Of a stretch of DNA of 64,000 nt, positions 55,836 through 64,000 are shown one piece after another; position 1 is the first letter of the stretch, and every line of letters starts with the position of its first letter. The stretch is from assembly GCA_963764165.1 (NCBI GenBank), contig CAVXRD010000002.1, positions 1,440,001 through 1,504,000 of the forward strand. Direction: 5' to 3'. A model generated the notes under the pieces. It worked only from the letters and a program-made list of their open reading frames with translations. It was not told the DNA's origin and made no database searches. Source of the DNA: an uncultured Verrucomicrobiae bacterium. GTDB lineage: Bacteria > Verrucomicrobiota > Verrucomicrobiia > Limisphaerales > Palsa-1400. The position numbers were made by a program, and so were the translations under genes.

Positions 55836-56503
55836 TTAGCCGGCAGACCGTAGACTTCCACCTCAACGTAGCTGTTGAGCGCGTTGTCAGTGCTGCCTTT
55901 GCTGTAGCAGCGGACGTAGCGGGCTTTCGCGCCTTTGGCGTCGATCAATTTTCCAGACGCTGTCAACGAATTTTCAAAATACTCGCGGTCCGTGCCGATG
56001 CCCAAGCCGGCGGTGTTTTTCTGGTCGTTGTTGAAAATCGTCGTGACGCCGCTTTTGAATTCCGGATCGTCGGACAATTGCACGATCACATCGCGATAAA
56101 CGATCGGTGTCGTGAAATCGTGCCAGATGACGACCGCGTAAAGATTGAATTCGCCCTGCAAATCAATTTGAACCCAGCGCAAACCCTTTCGCAGAGTCAC
56201 GACATTTTCGTCAAAGGCTTCCTTTTTTCCATCCGTTATTTGTTCGAGCGTGCCGTTGATCAGATTCGGAGAATCGGAGGATACGGGCTTTTTCAGCGCG
56301 ACATTTTCGACCCCTTTCGGCGCGAGAAAAGGCGGGCGGGCGTCGGAAGTCAGGGGCAAGGCCGTCGTGTTCGTCGGGAGCGCCTGCGGTGTGCCCTTCA
56401 TCGCGGGCGGTGGCAGGACGATCGGAATCGGGACAAGATCGTCCGCCAAAACGGTTTGCAGCGCGGCGGCGCAAATCGCCGCAAAAATCAAAAGTTTTTT
56501 CAT
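55832..56503 (-). CDS. Secreted discoidin (F5/8 type C)-like domain protein
   Basis: Signal peptide; 'NVALKKPVSS', 'ITDG', 'WVQIDL', 'ARYVR.YS', 'EVEVYG'. Confidence 0.85.
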   Translation of the reverse strand: MKKLLIFAAICAAALQTVLADDLVPIPIVLPPPAMKGTPQALPTNTTALPLTSDARPPFLAPKGVENVALKKPVSSDSPNLINGTLEQITDGKKEAFDENVVTLRKGLRWVQIDLQGEFNLYAVVIWHDFTTPIVYRDVIVQLSDDPEFKSGVTTIFNNDQKNTAGLGIGTDREYFENSLTASGKLIDAKGAKARYVRCYSKGSTDNALNSYVEVEVYGLPAK

Positions 56504-56603
56504 TGTGTACATCATGAATCGCGGGCGAAACGGAGCGCGCACCGCGCGGCTTCGTCAGGCCACGCAAAAGATATAAATCGGCCCAGCGTCGCGAGCCAGC
56601 AGA

Positions 56604-57611
56604 TTATTCATCGTGCTTTTCAGAAATGTATTTCTGATACTGCTCCGCCACGCGCGCTTCGTTCTCGTCGCCGCGATGATAATAAAAGCGGTAGCGAAAC
56701 GTGACGCTCTTCCCGGCGGGAATGGTCATGTCGCCTGCCCCCGCCGGTTTTTTCTCGAAGAAGTGCAATCCGAAAGGGTTGGCCGCGAACAAACCGTAAT
56801 CGCGCACGTGCCACGTCGTCGGATGGCGCGGATTTTCCGGTGAATCAAAAATGGCGACTCCCATTGTTTCCCGCCCCTTCGTGCCGCCGTCGACCGGACC
56901 GTAATAATAACACCAGTCGGCGTGCTTCCCCCATGTCTTCTCATCGCGCACGCCGGTGGAAAGGACAATGTGGCCCTCGCCCTGACCGTTCTTGTGTTTC
57001 AACCGCATGCTCTCCGGGAGACGTGTCGCAATCGTGCCATCTTTTTCGTCTCCGAACACGACAGGCTTGCCGGCCGGCGCTTGCAACGTGACATCGAAGT
57101 CAAACATTCGTTCGTCCTTCGGCAGATTGTAGATGCGCATTGTGCGGACATCCGTGCAAACCACGTGGTTCGAGTGGTCCACCCACTTGTCCTTCGACTG
57201 GATGACGCCGAATTTTTCGCCGGATTCGATTTTGATAAATCCATCGTGGACAATCTTGCAGAAGTTCGTTTCCTCCGACCAAAAATCCAATCCGTTGACG
57301 CTGCTGTGCGCGTACCAAAGTCCGCGATGATGCGGATGATCGTGCTCCTCATCCGTGCTCGGCTCCAGCGGCCATTTGCGAGTCATCGGCGATTCATCGG
57401 GACCGAGCACCGGATAGAAATAAGGGCGCGGAACATCGAGGTAATGATAAACCGTAAATAAATCGCCTCCGATGGTGACGCGCGCGGTTCCTTTTAAATC
57501 AGTGATTTCGACTCCGGCAGCCCCGCATTGGAAGACCATGCCGGAGATCATCAAAAATGCTGGAGCCAATAAAGAGGACAATGCTCGAAAACACGAGAGT
57601 CGGGATTTCAT
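56604..57611 (-). CDS. PmoA-like (DUF6807) secreted protein
   Basis: 'RPYFYPV', 'DHPHHRGLW', 'DFW', 'FDSPENPRHPTTWHVRDYGLFAANPFG'. Confidence 0.85.
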   Translation of the reverse strand: MKSRLSCFRALSSLLAPAFLMISGMVFQCGAAGVEITDLKGTARVTIGGDLFTVYHYLDVPRPYFYPVLGPDESPMTRKWPLEPSTDEEHDHPHHRGLWYAHSSVNGLDFWSEETNFCKIVHDGFIKIESGEKFGVIQSKDKWVDHSNHVVCTDVRTMRIYNLPKDERMFDFDVTLQAPAGKPVVFGDEKDGTIATRLPESMRLKHKNGQGEGHIVLSTGVRDEKTWGKHADWCYYYGPVDGGTKGRETMGVAIFDSPENPRHPTTWHVRDYGLFAANPFGLHFFEKKPAGAGDMTIPAGKSVTFRYRFYYHRGDENEARVAEQYQKYISEKHDE

Positions 57612-57717
57612 AGAAAATTTCTTCCACGCTCGCAGAAGAATTCCTGGCTGGCCAGAATATTTTCCTATGGCGGGCCACTCGCGGGCGCGCGGCAAAATTT
57701 TTCACGTGCAGAGTGCC

Positions 57718-57770
57718 AGCGGCGCCCCGCCGCTGAATCAGCCCGTCAGAGGCGGGGCGCCTCTGCCACT
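57718..57770. repeat. REP-like hairpin pair
   Basis: cagcggcgccccgccgctg and cagaggcggggcgcctctgccact. Confidence 0.55.
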
Positions 57771-57780
57771 TTAAGAAGGC

Positions 57781-59172
57781 TTACTTCGGCTCCGGGGTGA
57801 GAAATTGCAGATGCCGGAAGGCGGCCGGGTCAAACGTGACTTTGCCAAAATCGGGGCTGATGGCGGTGATGCCGGACGGCTGCCAATCCACCAATTGAAA
57901 AGTCACCGATCCGCCTTGGACAAATGTGGCGTGGGCGTTGCTGGGCGAAGGCGGAGGCGCCTGTCCTGAATAGCGCGCAAATTCAATGGTGCTCACTCCG
58001 GCCAAAGGGACATTGGTCGTTCCCGCGGTGGTCAGCACAGAAATTTTTCCGTCGGCAATGGCAGTCAAGGCGCCGCTCACTTTCGATCCGGATTCCAGGG
58101 TCAGAACGTCATGCATCGGGTCAGGCGCGTCCGCCGCTGCTTCATCCAGCACGCCGTTCCATTTCGAGACGCGCATGTTGCTGATCTTGACCGCGCCGCC
58201 AATCCCATTGTTGACAAAGCGGACACCGCCGCCTTCCCCCACGAAACCAGCGGGATCAATCCAATCCTTGACCAGCGTCCCATCCAGGAAAAGCGCCACG
58301 CGCCTGTCTGGCCGGCTCATGCGGACATCCACATGCACGCGGTCTTTTTGCTGGAGCGATTGCACAATCAATTGATCGCCCAAGGGCCGCAGCGCCTCTT
58401 TCTTTTGCACGGCCATCAGCGAGACGAAAATGGTGTTGTTGAATCGCATGCTGTAGAAGCCGCCGAAATCCGGCCCGTTCTCCTTGTCTGTCAAGTTAAT
58501 GGGCTGGAGCGAATCTGTGTAAAACGCGATGGCCAGGTTGAGCATGCTTTTCCACGTCAAGTCGAATTGGATTTCCGAGCGGTCCGGCAATTTGAAGTCC
58601 CTGGCGATGGATGAGGATTTATCGGAATAAAACGCGCCGTTGCGATAGAGCCAGTGCCCGGATTCGCCCACGAAGGTCTTGACTGAGCTTGTGCCCTGCG
58701 TCCAACCCGCCAGCCCGGCAATGCCTGCGAAAAGAATGGGAGTGCGCGGATTGAAAGCGAGTGTCTGAAGCACGCGCCGCGGAATTTTGAGGCGGCCCGC
58801 GTACCAGGTATCCAGCGTGATGAATTCGCGGTCGCAGGCGGACACATCGCCTTCGAGCATGTCGCCGCTGGCCAGCCACAATTTGCAGGCCGCGTTATCC
58901 CTCGCGGCGCTCGATTTGCGCGGGGCAAAATCAATCTGCGCGACGGCATCCGGTTTGAAATCAATCGGCTCGGGCGAATCGGGGTGCTGCCAGCGGACGG
59001 CGTTGCCTGATTGGATGCTGAGAAGTTTTCCGTAAAGGACATCGCCATCGCGGAAGGACGCGCAGTCCAAGTCGTTGGTGGCTGCTGCGGGTTCGCCTTG
59101 GAGGGCGGAGGGAACTAATGCGACATATATGACGCACAGGACCGATAAGACTCGCCAGACGCGCCTATTCAT
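57781..59172 (-). CDS. Secreted hypothetical protein (paralog of 59165-60637)
   Basis: Signal peptide; repeated 'F/L.DG/NGD.L.G.L.S' modules; same architecture as the upstream gene. Confidence 0.75.
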   Translation of the reverse strand: MNRRVWRVLSVLCVIYVALVPSALQGEPAAATNDLDCASFRDGDVLYGKLLSIQSGNAVRWQHPDSPEPIDFKPDAVAQIDFAPRKSSAARDNAACKLWLASGDMLEGDVSACDREFITLDTWYAGRLKIPRRVLQTLAFNPRTPILFAGIAGLAGWTQGTSSVKTFVGESGHWLYRNGAFYSDKSSSIARDFKLPDRSEIQFDLTWKSMLNLAIAFYTDSLQPINLTDKENGPDFGGFYSMRFNNTIFVSLMAVQKKEALRPLGDQLIVQSLQQKDRVHVDVRMSRPDRRVALFLDGTLVKDWIDPAGFVGEGGGVRFVNNGIGGAVKISNMRVSKWNGVLDEAAADAPDPMHDVLTLESGSKVSGALTAIADGKISVLTTAGTTNVPLAGVSTIEFARYSGQAPPPSPSNAHATFVQGGSVTFQLVDWQPSGITAISPDFGKVTFDPAAFRHLQFLTPEPK

Positions 59173-60637
59173 CCAACTCCTCAAATTCCTTGGTGTTCGC
59201 GATGCTGGCCTGTTCCTTGGCGTGGTTCAGGTTGAACTCCAGTTCGCGGATCGCGTCTGGCTGAAAGGCAAGGGCGCCAAAAACGGCGCTTTGCCCCGCC
59301 ACCGTCTTGCTGTCCCAGCTCTTAAGCTGGAAGGAAATGCTGCCGCCGCCGGGAAAATGCGCGCGCACGGCCCACGGTCCCGGAGAATCGGCGGGCGCGT
59401 TGGTCTGGGCGAATTCAATCTGCGTGATCCGGTCAAGTGGAATATCCAGCGATGTGCCGGAAAGCGACAGCTTCACCTTGCCGTCTTTGATGCCCTCGAT
59501 CTTTCCCGCGCCGCGATCATGGTTGACGAAATGCACCGCGTCGAGATTGGTGCCAACATCCATCGACTCAGGTTCGCCGCGGTCTTCCCACTGGCTGATT
59601 TTGACGTGGCTGATTTTTAGAGTTGACGTTGAGAACATCACGTTTTGCATGAACAAAACACCGGTGCCGCCGCCCGCAAAACTGCAATCCTTCCACGTCT
59701 TGACCAAATGATGATCGACGTAGACCGAGGCCGTGCCTTCATTGCGGTCGCACTCAATGGCGACGTGCATGCGATCCTTGGCCGTCCCTTCCGGCAGCGG
59801 CGTGCCGCCGGCGCTGAACATCCCGATGTTCTGCGCCTGCCGCAGGGAAATTTGCTGCGGCGAAATATTCAGCAAACAAGTGCCGCCGTTGGGCTCCAGA
59901 TGATCGACGACATCGCAAAAGACGCCGACCTCCAGATTGAAAGCGATGCTCCAGCTCAAATCGAATTCCAGCGTGGCGGAATTGGTGAGGTTGACATCGC
60001 GTCCCAGCGTTCCCGTGCCAGAGCCGACGAAGGCTCCGTCGCGATACGTCCAGCTTTGATTGTTGACCACCATCCAACCGCCGAAATCATAAGGCCCCTC
60101 GTAAACAACTGAATAGCCCGGAGGCAGAAATGTCACCGTGCGCACCGCCGCCCGCGGGATCATTAACGATCCGCCAAACCATGTGCTGAGGCCGACCGTT
60201 TGATCGTCGAGCGACGTGATCGCGCCGTACAAATCATCGCCGTTGGCAAAGGTGACATGGCAGCTCGGAGTCATGCTCACGGGATGGGCGTGGGCGAAGC
60301 GAAGAAAGTCGAGGCGGTTTGGGTGGAAAGCGATGGGCCGCACCGCTTCCGGCGCAGTCCACGTAAGCCCTTCGCCCGCGTCCATGCTCGAAAGCTTGCC
60401 GTGCAGAATTGAGCCGTCCAAAAACTGAAGGACGTCGCCGCGCGGCTCCGGCATGCGTTCGGGTTTGCCGTTCGGCGCGGCGTATTGCCACCCGAAGGCA
60501 TTGGCGTTGCCTTGCAGCAATACCTGGCCTCCATTTAATACCACCCCGGGGGCTCTTCGGATGATGCCCTGCGCCCCGGCGGTCCACGACAGACCGCACC
60601 ACAATGCTGTCAATGCGATGCGCGCCTTACCGTTCAT
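59165..60637 (-). CDS. Secreted hypothetical protein
   Basis: Signal peptide; 'FLDGSILHGKL', 'FANGDDLYG', 'TWFGG.L.IPR', central lectin-like beta region. Confidence 0.75.
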   Translation of the reverse strand: MNGKARIALTALWCGLSWTAGAQGIIRRAPGVVLNGGQVLLQGNANAFGWQYAAPNGKPERMPEPRGDVLQFLDGSILHGKLSSMDAGEGLTWTAPEAVRPIAFHPNRLDFLRFAHAHPVSMTPSCHVTFANGDDLYGAITSLDDQTVGLSTWFGGSLMIPRAAVRTVTFLPPGYSVVYEGPYDFGGWMVVNNQSWTYRDGAFVGSGTGTLGRDVNLTNSATLEFDLSWSIAFNLEVGVFCDVVDHLEPNGGTCLLNISPQQISLRQAQNIGMFSAGGTPLPEGTAKDRMHVAIECDRNEGTASVYVDHHLVKTWKDCSFAGGGTGVLFMQNVMFSTSTLKISHVKISQWEDRGEPESMDVGTNLDAVHFVNHDRGAGKIEGIKDGKVKLSLSGTSLDIPLDRITQIEFAQTNAPADSPGPWAVRAHFPGGGSISFQLKSWDSKTVAGQSAVFGALAFQPDAIRELEFNLNHAKEQASIANTKEFEELDE

Positions 60638-61712
60638 AAATAGGCAGGTAACGATAGTTTAACGCGAGCGACAAAAGCGATCCAGCCGTCGCAAAGGTCG
60701 AGCCAAGCTGGCCGTCCCAATTCCCTTCCGCTCCCTGGCTGGCGCGCAGGGAGGCGATGTTGTCGCGGTTCCAACTTTGCCACGCATCGGGCGAGCCATG
60801 GAAATACGCCTGCGAAGCGTAATAGAGATAATACTGCGGATACTGCGCGTCCTGCGGCGTCGCCTTTAGGAAATTAAAAGCGGCCCGGAAAGCCGGGGTG
60901 TTTTTCTCCTTGGACAAAGCCATCACCACGCAGGCAATGGCCGTGCGGGTGGAATTCGGAGCGTTGGGAAATTGGTAGCCGATGCCGCCATCAGGTGTTT
61001 GACAGGAGCGGAAGAAATTCAGCCCGTTCTGGATCACTTGCTCCGGCACGGCGATGCCGGCGTTGCGCGCCGCGCACAGCGCCACCATCTGCGCGCCACT
61101 GACGGTGGTGTCGGCGTCCCGCGAATCGGGGGTGTAGCGCCACGCGTGCGAATTATTTTCCGATTGCGCGGTGATGATCAATTTGACCGCTTTTTGCAGG
61201 GCGGGGCCGATGCGTGGGTCGTCCACCGCGCCATACGATTCCGCCAGGGCCAATGTCGAGAACCCGTGGTTATACATCGTTGTGCCGATGTAGCCGGTGG
61301 TTTGATCGCTGTGTTTCAAAACGTAATCCAGCCCGCGGCGGATGGTGGCGCTGTAAGGCCCAAAATTCGGATCGTCGCCATGCGCCAGCAAACTCACGAC
61401 GGCAAGGGAAGTCACCGCCGGCTCACCAGACGGAGGTTCGTCGGGCCAATTGCCTTCGGGCGCCTGAGTCTTAACCAAATACTGCAGGCCGCGAACATAC
61501 ATTTTGTCCACCTCCGAAGCCACCACTCCCGTCGAGCCGGTGTATAATTGCTGTCCATGCGTGATGCGCGCGAAAAGACAAAACAGCAGAGTCAAAGTGC
61601 GCAGCGCGGAATTTAAGGCAGGGACGCCTCGCCGAGGCGTCCCGGTCGAGGCACGATTCACACACAAGCGGACGGCTCGGCGAGCCGTCCCTGCCTTGGA
61701 CAGAATTCCCAT
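60627..61712 (-). CDS. Prenyltransferase/squalene-oxidase-repeat (alpha/alpha toroid) protein
   Basis: 'GLQYLVKTQAPEGNW', 'MYNHGFSTLALAE', 'WRYTP...D', 'Q..DGG..Y', 'YYLYYASQA', 'SLALNYRYLPIYER'; ATG 61712 lies 4 nt after the upstream stop. Confidence 0.85.
   Translation of the reverse strand: MGILSKAGTARRAVRLCVNRASTGTPRRGVPALNSALRTLTLLFCLFARITHGQQLYTGSTGVVASEVDKMYVRGLQYLVKTQAPEGNWPDEPPSGEPAVTSLAVVSLLAHGDDPNFGPYSATIRRGLDYVLKHSDQTTGYIGTTMYNHGFSTLALAESYGAVDDPRIGPALQKAVKLIITAQSENNSHAWRYTPDSRDADTTVSGAQMVALCAARNAGIAVPEQVIQNGLNFFRSCQTPDGGIGYQFPNAPNSTRTAIACVVMALSKEKNTPAFRAAFNFLKATPQDAQYPQYYLYYASQAYFHGSPDAWQSWNRDNIASLRASQGAEGNWDGQLGSTFATAGSLLSLALNYRYLPIYER
61615..61697. repeat. Inverted REP pair inside the 5' end of the prenyltransferase-repeat ORF
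   Basis: AAGGCAGGGACG ... CGTCCCTGCCTT perfect 12-bp arms, each followed inward by a GC hairpin. Confidence 0.75.
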
Positions 61713-61716
61713 TCGA

Positions 61717-64000
61717 CTACTGTTTTCCCTTTTCAAGGCCATGATAGTAATTTTCCAGGGCGTCGCGAAATTCGGCGGGCGCGTTTTGAATGGCGCCGGC
61801 GGATTGTTTGACAGAGCGCTCGTCCGCCGCGTGGCCGGAGGCATCGCCAATGTTCGCGCCGCCGACCCGGCTGTTCGAGCCGCCCGGGCTCGTGTTGCCC
61901 TGATTCGGTTTTGCCGCAAAGGCTTTGCCCTTGTTGGCCTTCTGCGCCATCTGCATTAGAAATTGCATTTCCTCGGCGCTGGATGGACTGCCGGGCGAAC
62001 TCTTCGGCTTTCCTTTTTGCGCCTGTTCGTTGATCAAGTTGATCAAATCGGACAACGAATCAATCGTTTTGATTTCCGCGTCGTCGGCGGGTTTGCCCGT
62101 CTCCGGCGTTTGCAGGAGCGTGGAAGTCTGTTTCATCGCGGTGGAGACATCCGAAAAAGCCTGGTCGAGCTGCGCAATCGGCACCTTGTCATGGATGTCC
62201 TCAAGGCCCGAAGCGAGCTTGTCTTGCGTCCCTGACAGCGACGAGGCGCGCTGCTGATAGCTGTCAGGCGTGCCCCTGTCTTGATCGAGCAGCGTCGTTT
62301 CGTCGCGCAAATTGGATTCGTTTTCGCGCATGCGCAGGAGCGCGATCAATTGCTCCGTCAAATCCGCTCCGTCTTTTCCTGAGCCTGAGCCGGAGCCGGA
62401 GCCGCCCGAGCTTTTCGGCTCGAGCTTTTCCGCCCAATCTTGAAAGCGGGTGGCCCACTTGCCCAAATCGGCGGAGGCCTCGAGGCCTATATTATTGTTG
62501 ATCAGTCCGCCTACGCGGTCCAGCTCGTCGCCTGTATGCGCGTCCTTCATTTCCTTGCTCACCTGGCCATAGGCGGGTTTTTGAGTGCGCTCGAAAAAGC
62601 GATTCAGCTCCGTCTGCAGCGTGGTGCTCTGTTTCTGGGCGCCGGACTGGCCGCGGACAAGGCCGCCTTCCAGCGCTTTCATCTTGGGCGGCAACTGGCG
62701 CGGCAGCAAACCCACCGTGTTGGAAGCCGTGTCAAATATCTGCCCGGCGATGTCCTTCTCGACACCGCCGACTTTGCGCAAACGCTGGGCCAGGGTCATG
62801 GCCTGCAAATCGTCCATGTGCTCGTTGGCCTTGGTCTGCATCTTCTCCAAATCCTTCAAAACGTCCTCGGCCTTCTGCTCGGCGTCCGCCATTTCTTCGG
62901 GCTTGCTGCCGGAATTCTCCTGCGCCTTCTGCATCGCGCCGGCGGCGGCGGGCATTTTCTGCTGGGCCAGCTTCTGCAACTGCTGCATGGATTGAGACCA
63001 CTTCTTGACAGCGTCCTCCTTGAACAACGGGTTTTTCAGCGCCTCCTGCAAAGACTCTTCGCCCTGTTTGGCGAGCTGATCCAGATTGGCGGCGTTTTGC
63101 TTCTGGTCATCCTTGCTTTGGCTCAAACGGTTGGCTTTTTCAGCGGCGGGCATTTTATCCGCGTCTTTGAGATCCGCCAGATTGGCGACAATTTTTTCCT
63201 GCAGCCGCGAAACTTCCTCCACTTGCGCCATCGTGGCCTCCAATTGCTTGCGCAGCATTTCCGCGTGCTCCTCGGGGCTTAACACGCGGATGTGGTAGAC
63301 GCCGGTGCGCGCCCGCTCGCGATTCGGGAAAAAATCGCGCGCGAAGGCCGTCAATTCCACCGTTGAATCGGCGGGGATTCGGTAAATGCGCGGGCTCCAT
63401 TTGAATGTTCTTTCCCCTTCCTTCATTTGGGGCGACGACATTTGATATTTGACTTCGGTGGTGGCGACAGGGCTGCCAGTCACGGGAGAATCCGCCGTCA
63501 TTTCCCAGTCCAAACCGACATCGCGCACGCCAAAATCGTCGCGCGCTTTGACCTTGATGTTGATCACATCGGAATCGAGAACCGAAATGTCTGCGGGGAT
63601 GTCATCGATTTCCGGAACCGGCGGCGCATCGGGCTGTGTCTGCACGGTGACGTGCAGGGGCGAGGCGTTCGTTAATCCAAGTTTGTCCTTCCAGAGAATC
63701 GTGAAATCCGCCGCGCCTTCGGGCTCTGTCTGGCTGGTGGAAAAACTGTCGCCGCTCACCGTCATGGGCGCGGGTTTGTCGGTGCCGCGCTGGATAGTGG
63801 CGGAATTCAAATCGCGGCTTATTTTGCCGTGGAGAGAGACCTTGCTTCCCTCGACCGCGAGCAGGGAGCCGTTTTGCAACAGTTCATCCTGATTCGGATA
63901 ATGAAGGTAATCGGGCAATTGAATTTGCGCGGCCAATTCCTGGAGCGAGGGCCGGTGCGTTGGAGCGATGCGGACTTGCGCTTTCGCATCACCCACACGC
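61717..64000 (-). CDS. DUF4175-like large coiled-coil protein (5' end beyond the window)
   Basis: 'P.YL', Ig-like 'PDAPP...ARDDFGV', long Q/E/K helical region, C-terminal 'PAEFRDALENYY'. Confidence 0.75.
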   Translation of the reverse strand, partial: RVGDAKAQVRIAPTHRPSLQELAAQIQLPDYLHYPNQDELLQNGSLLAVEGSKVSLHGKISRDLNSATIQRGTDKPAPMTVSGDSFSTSQTEPEGAADFTILWKDKLGLTNASPLHVTVQTQPDAPPVPEIDDIPADISVLDSDVINIKVKARDDFGVRDVGLDWEMTADSPVTGSPVATTEVKYQMSSPQMKEGERTFKWSPRIYRIPADSTVELTAFARDFFPNRERARTGVYHIRVLSPEEHAEMLRKQLEATMAQVEEVSRLQEKIVANLADLKDADKMPAAEKANRLSQSKDDQKQNAANLDQLAKQGEESLQEALKNPLFKEDAVKKWSQSMQQLQKLAQQKMPAAAGAMQKAQENSGSKPEEMADAEQKAEDVLKDLEKMQTKANEHMDDLQAMTLAQRLRKVGGVEKDIAGQIFDTASNTVGLLPRQLPPKMKALEGGLVRGQSGAQKQSTTLQTELNRFFERTQKPAYGQVSKEMKDAHTGDELDRVGGLINNNIGLEASADLGKWATRFQDWAEKLEPKSSGGSGSGSGSGKDGADLTEQLIALLRMRENESNLRDETTLLDQDRGTPDSYQQRASSLSGTQDKLASGLEDIHDKVPIAQLDQAFSDVSTAMKQTSTLLQTPETGKPADDAEIKTIDSLSDLINLINEQAQKGKPKSSPGSPSSAEEMQFLMQMAQKANKGKAFAAKPNQGNTSPGGSNSRVGGANIGDASGHAADERSVKQSAGAIQNAPAEFRDALENYYHGLEKGKQ

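Noticed and set aside
56604..57611. Particulate methane monooxygenase
   Set aside because: The PmoA-like family label is misleading; this is a soluble secreted protein and there are no pmoB/pmoC genes.
60627..61712. Squalene-hopene cyclase completing the hpn pathway
   Set aside because: Too short, carries a signal peptide and lacks the DXDD motif.
61713..61919. Extended N-terminus of ORF 60627-61919
   Set aside because: Overlaps the upstream gene's 3' end by 200 nt; ATG 61712 fits operon spacing better.

Overview
GC-rich bacterial chromosomal window, most consistent with a Verrucomicrobiota (Pedosphaera/Limisphaerales-like) genome. This is inferred from gene style: an ECF sigma factor with a long C-terminal extension, a secreted protein ending in FYRL, a PadR/permease-prefix pair and many REP-like palindromes. 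The backbone carries hpnH-hpnJ, rimO, a glycosylasparaginase, purB, a rhomboid protease, ald, a sigma54-driven flgFGAHIJNKL flagellar operon, sucD, a 2-oxoacid:ferredoxin oxidoreductase pair and a PVC-type DUF4175/prenyltransferase-repeat/TIGR03663 cluster. Three accessory islets stand out. (1) 0.5-3.1 kb: a solitary DUF3631 P-loop gene plus a PIN toxin-antitoxin pair. (2) 24.4-32.4 kb: a 1694-aa collagen-like protein with a BclA-like C-terminal domain, a RAYT transposase relic and an ECF sigma gene bracketed by direct repeats. (3) 40.1-45.9 kb: a damaged defence island with a frameshifted DUF262-DUF1524 gene, a Septu-like ATPase plus truncated HNH, and an internally deleted GHKL-ATPase/PD-(D/E)xK nuclease whose C-terminal half is missing from the ORF track. 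The most unusual signal is non-coding. A family of degenerate GCAACA/TGTTGC arrays with about 11-bp periodicity and conserved flanking motifs occurs at an edge of all three islets (six copies seen), and one copy abuts the 3' end of the DUF3631 gene. No rRNA, intact tRNA or CRISPR array was found. All identities are hand-counted and no database searches were run.
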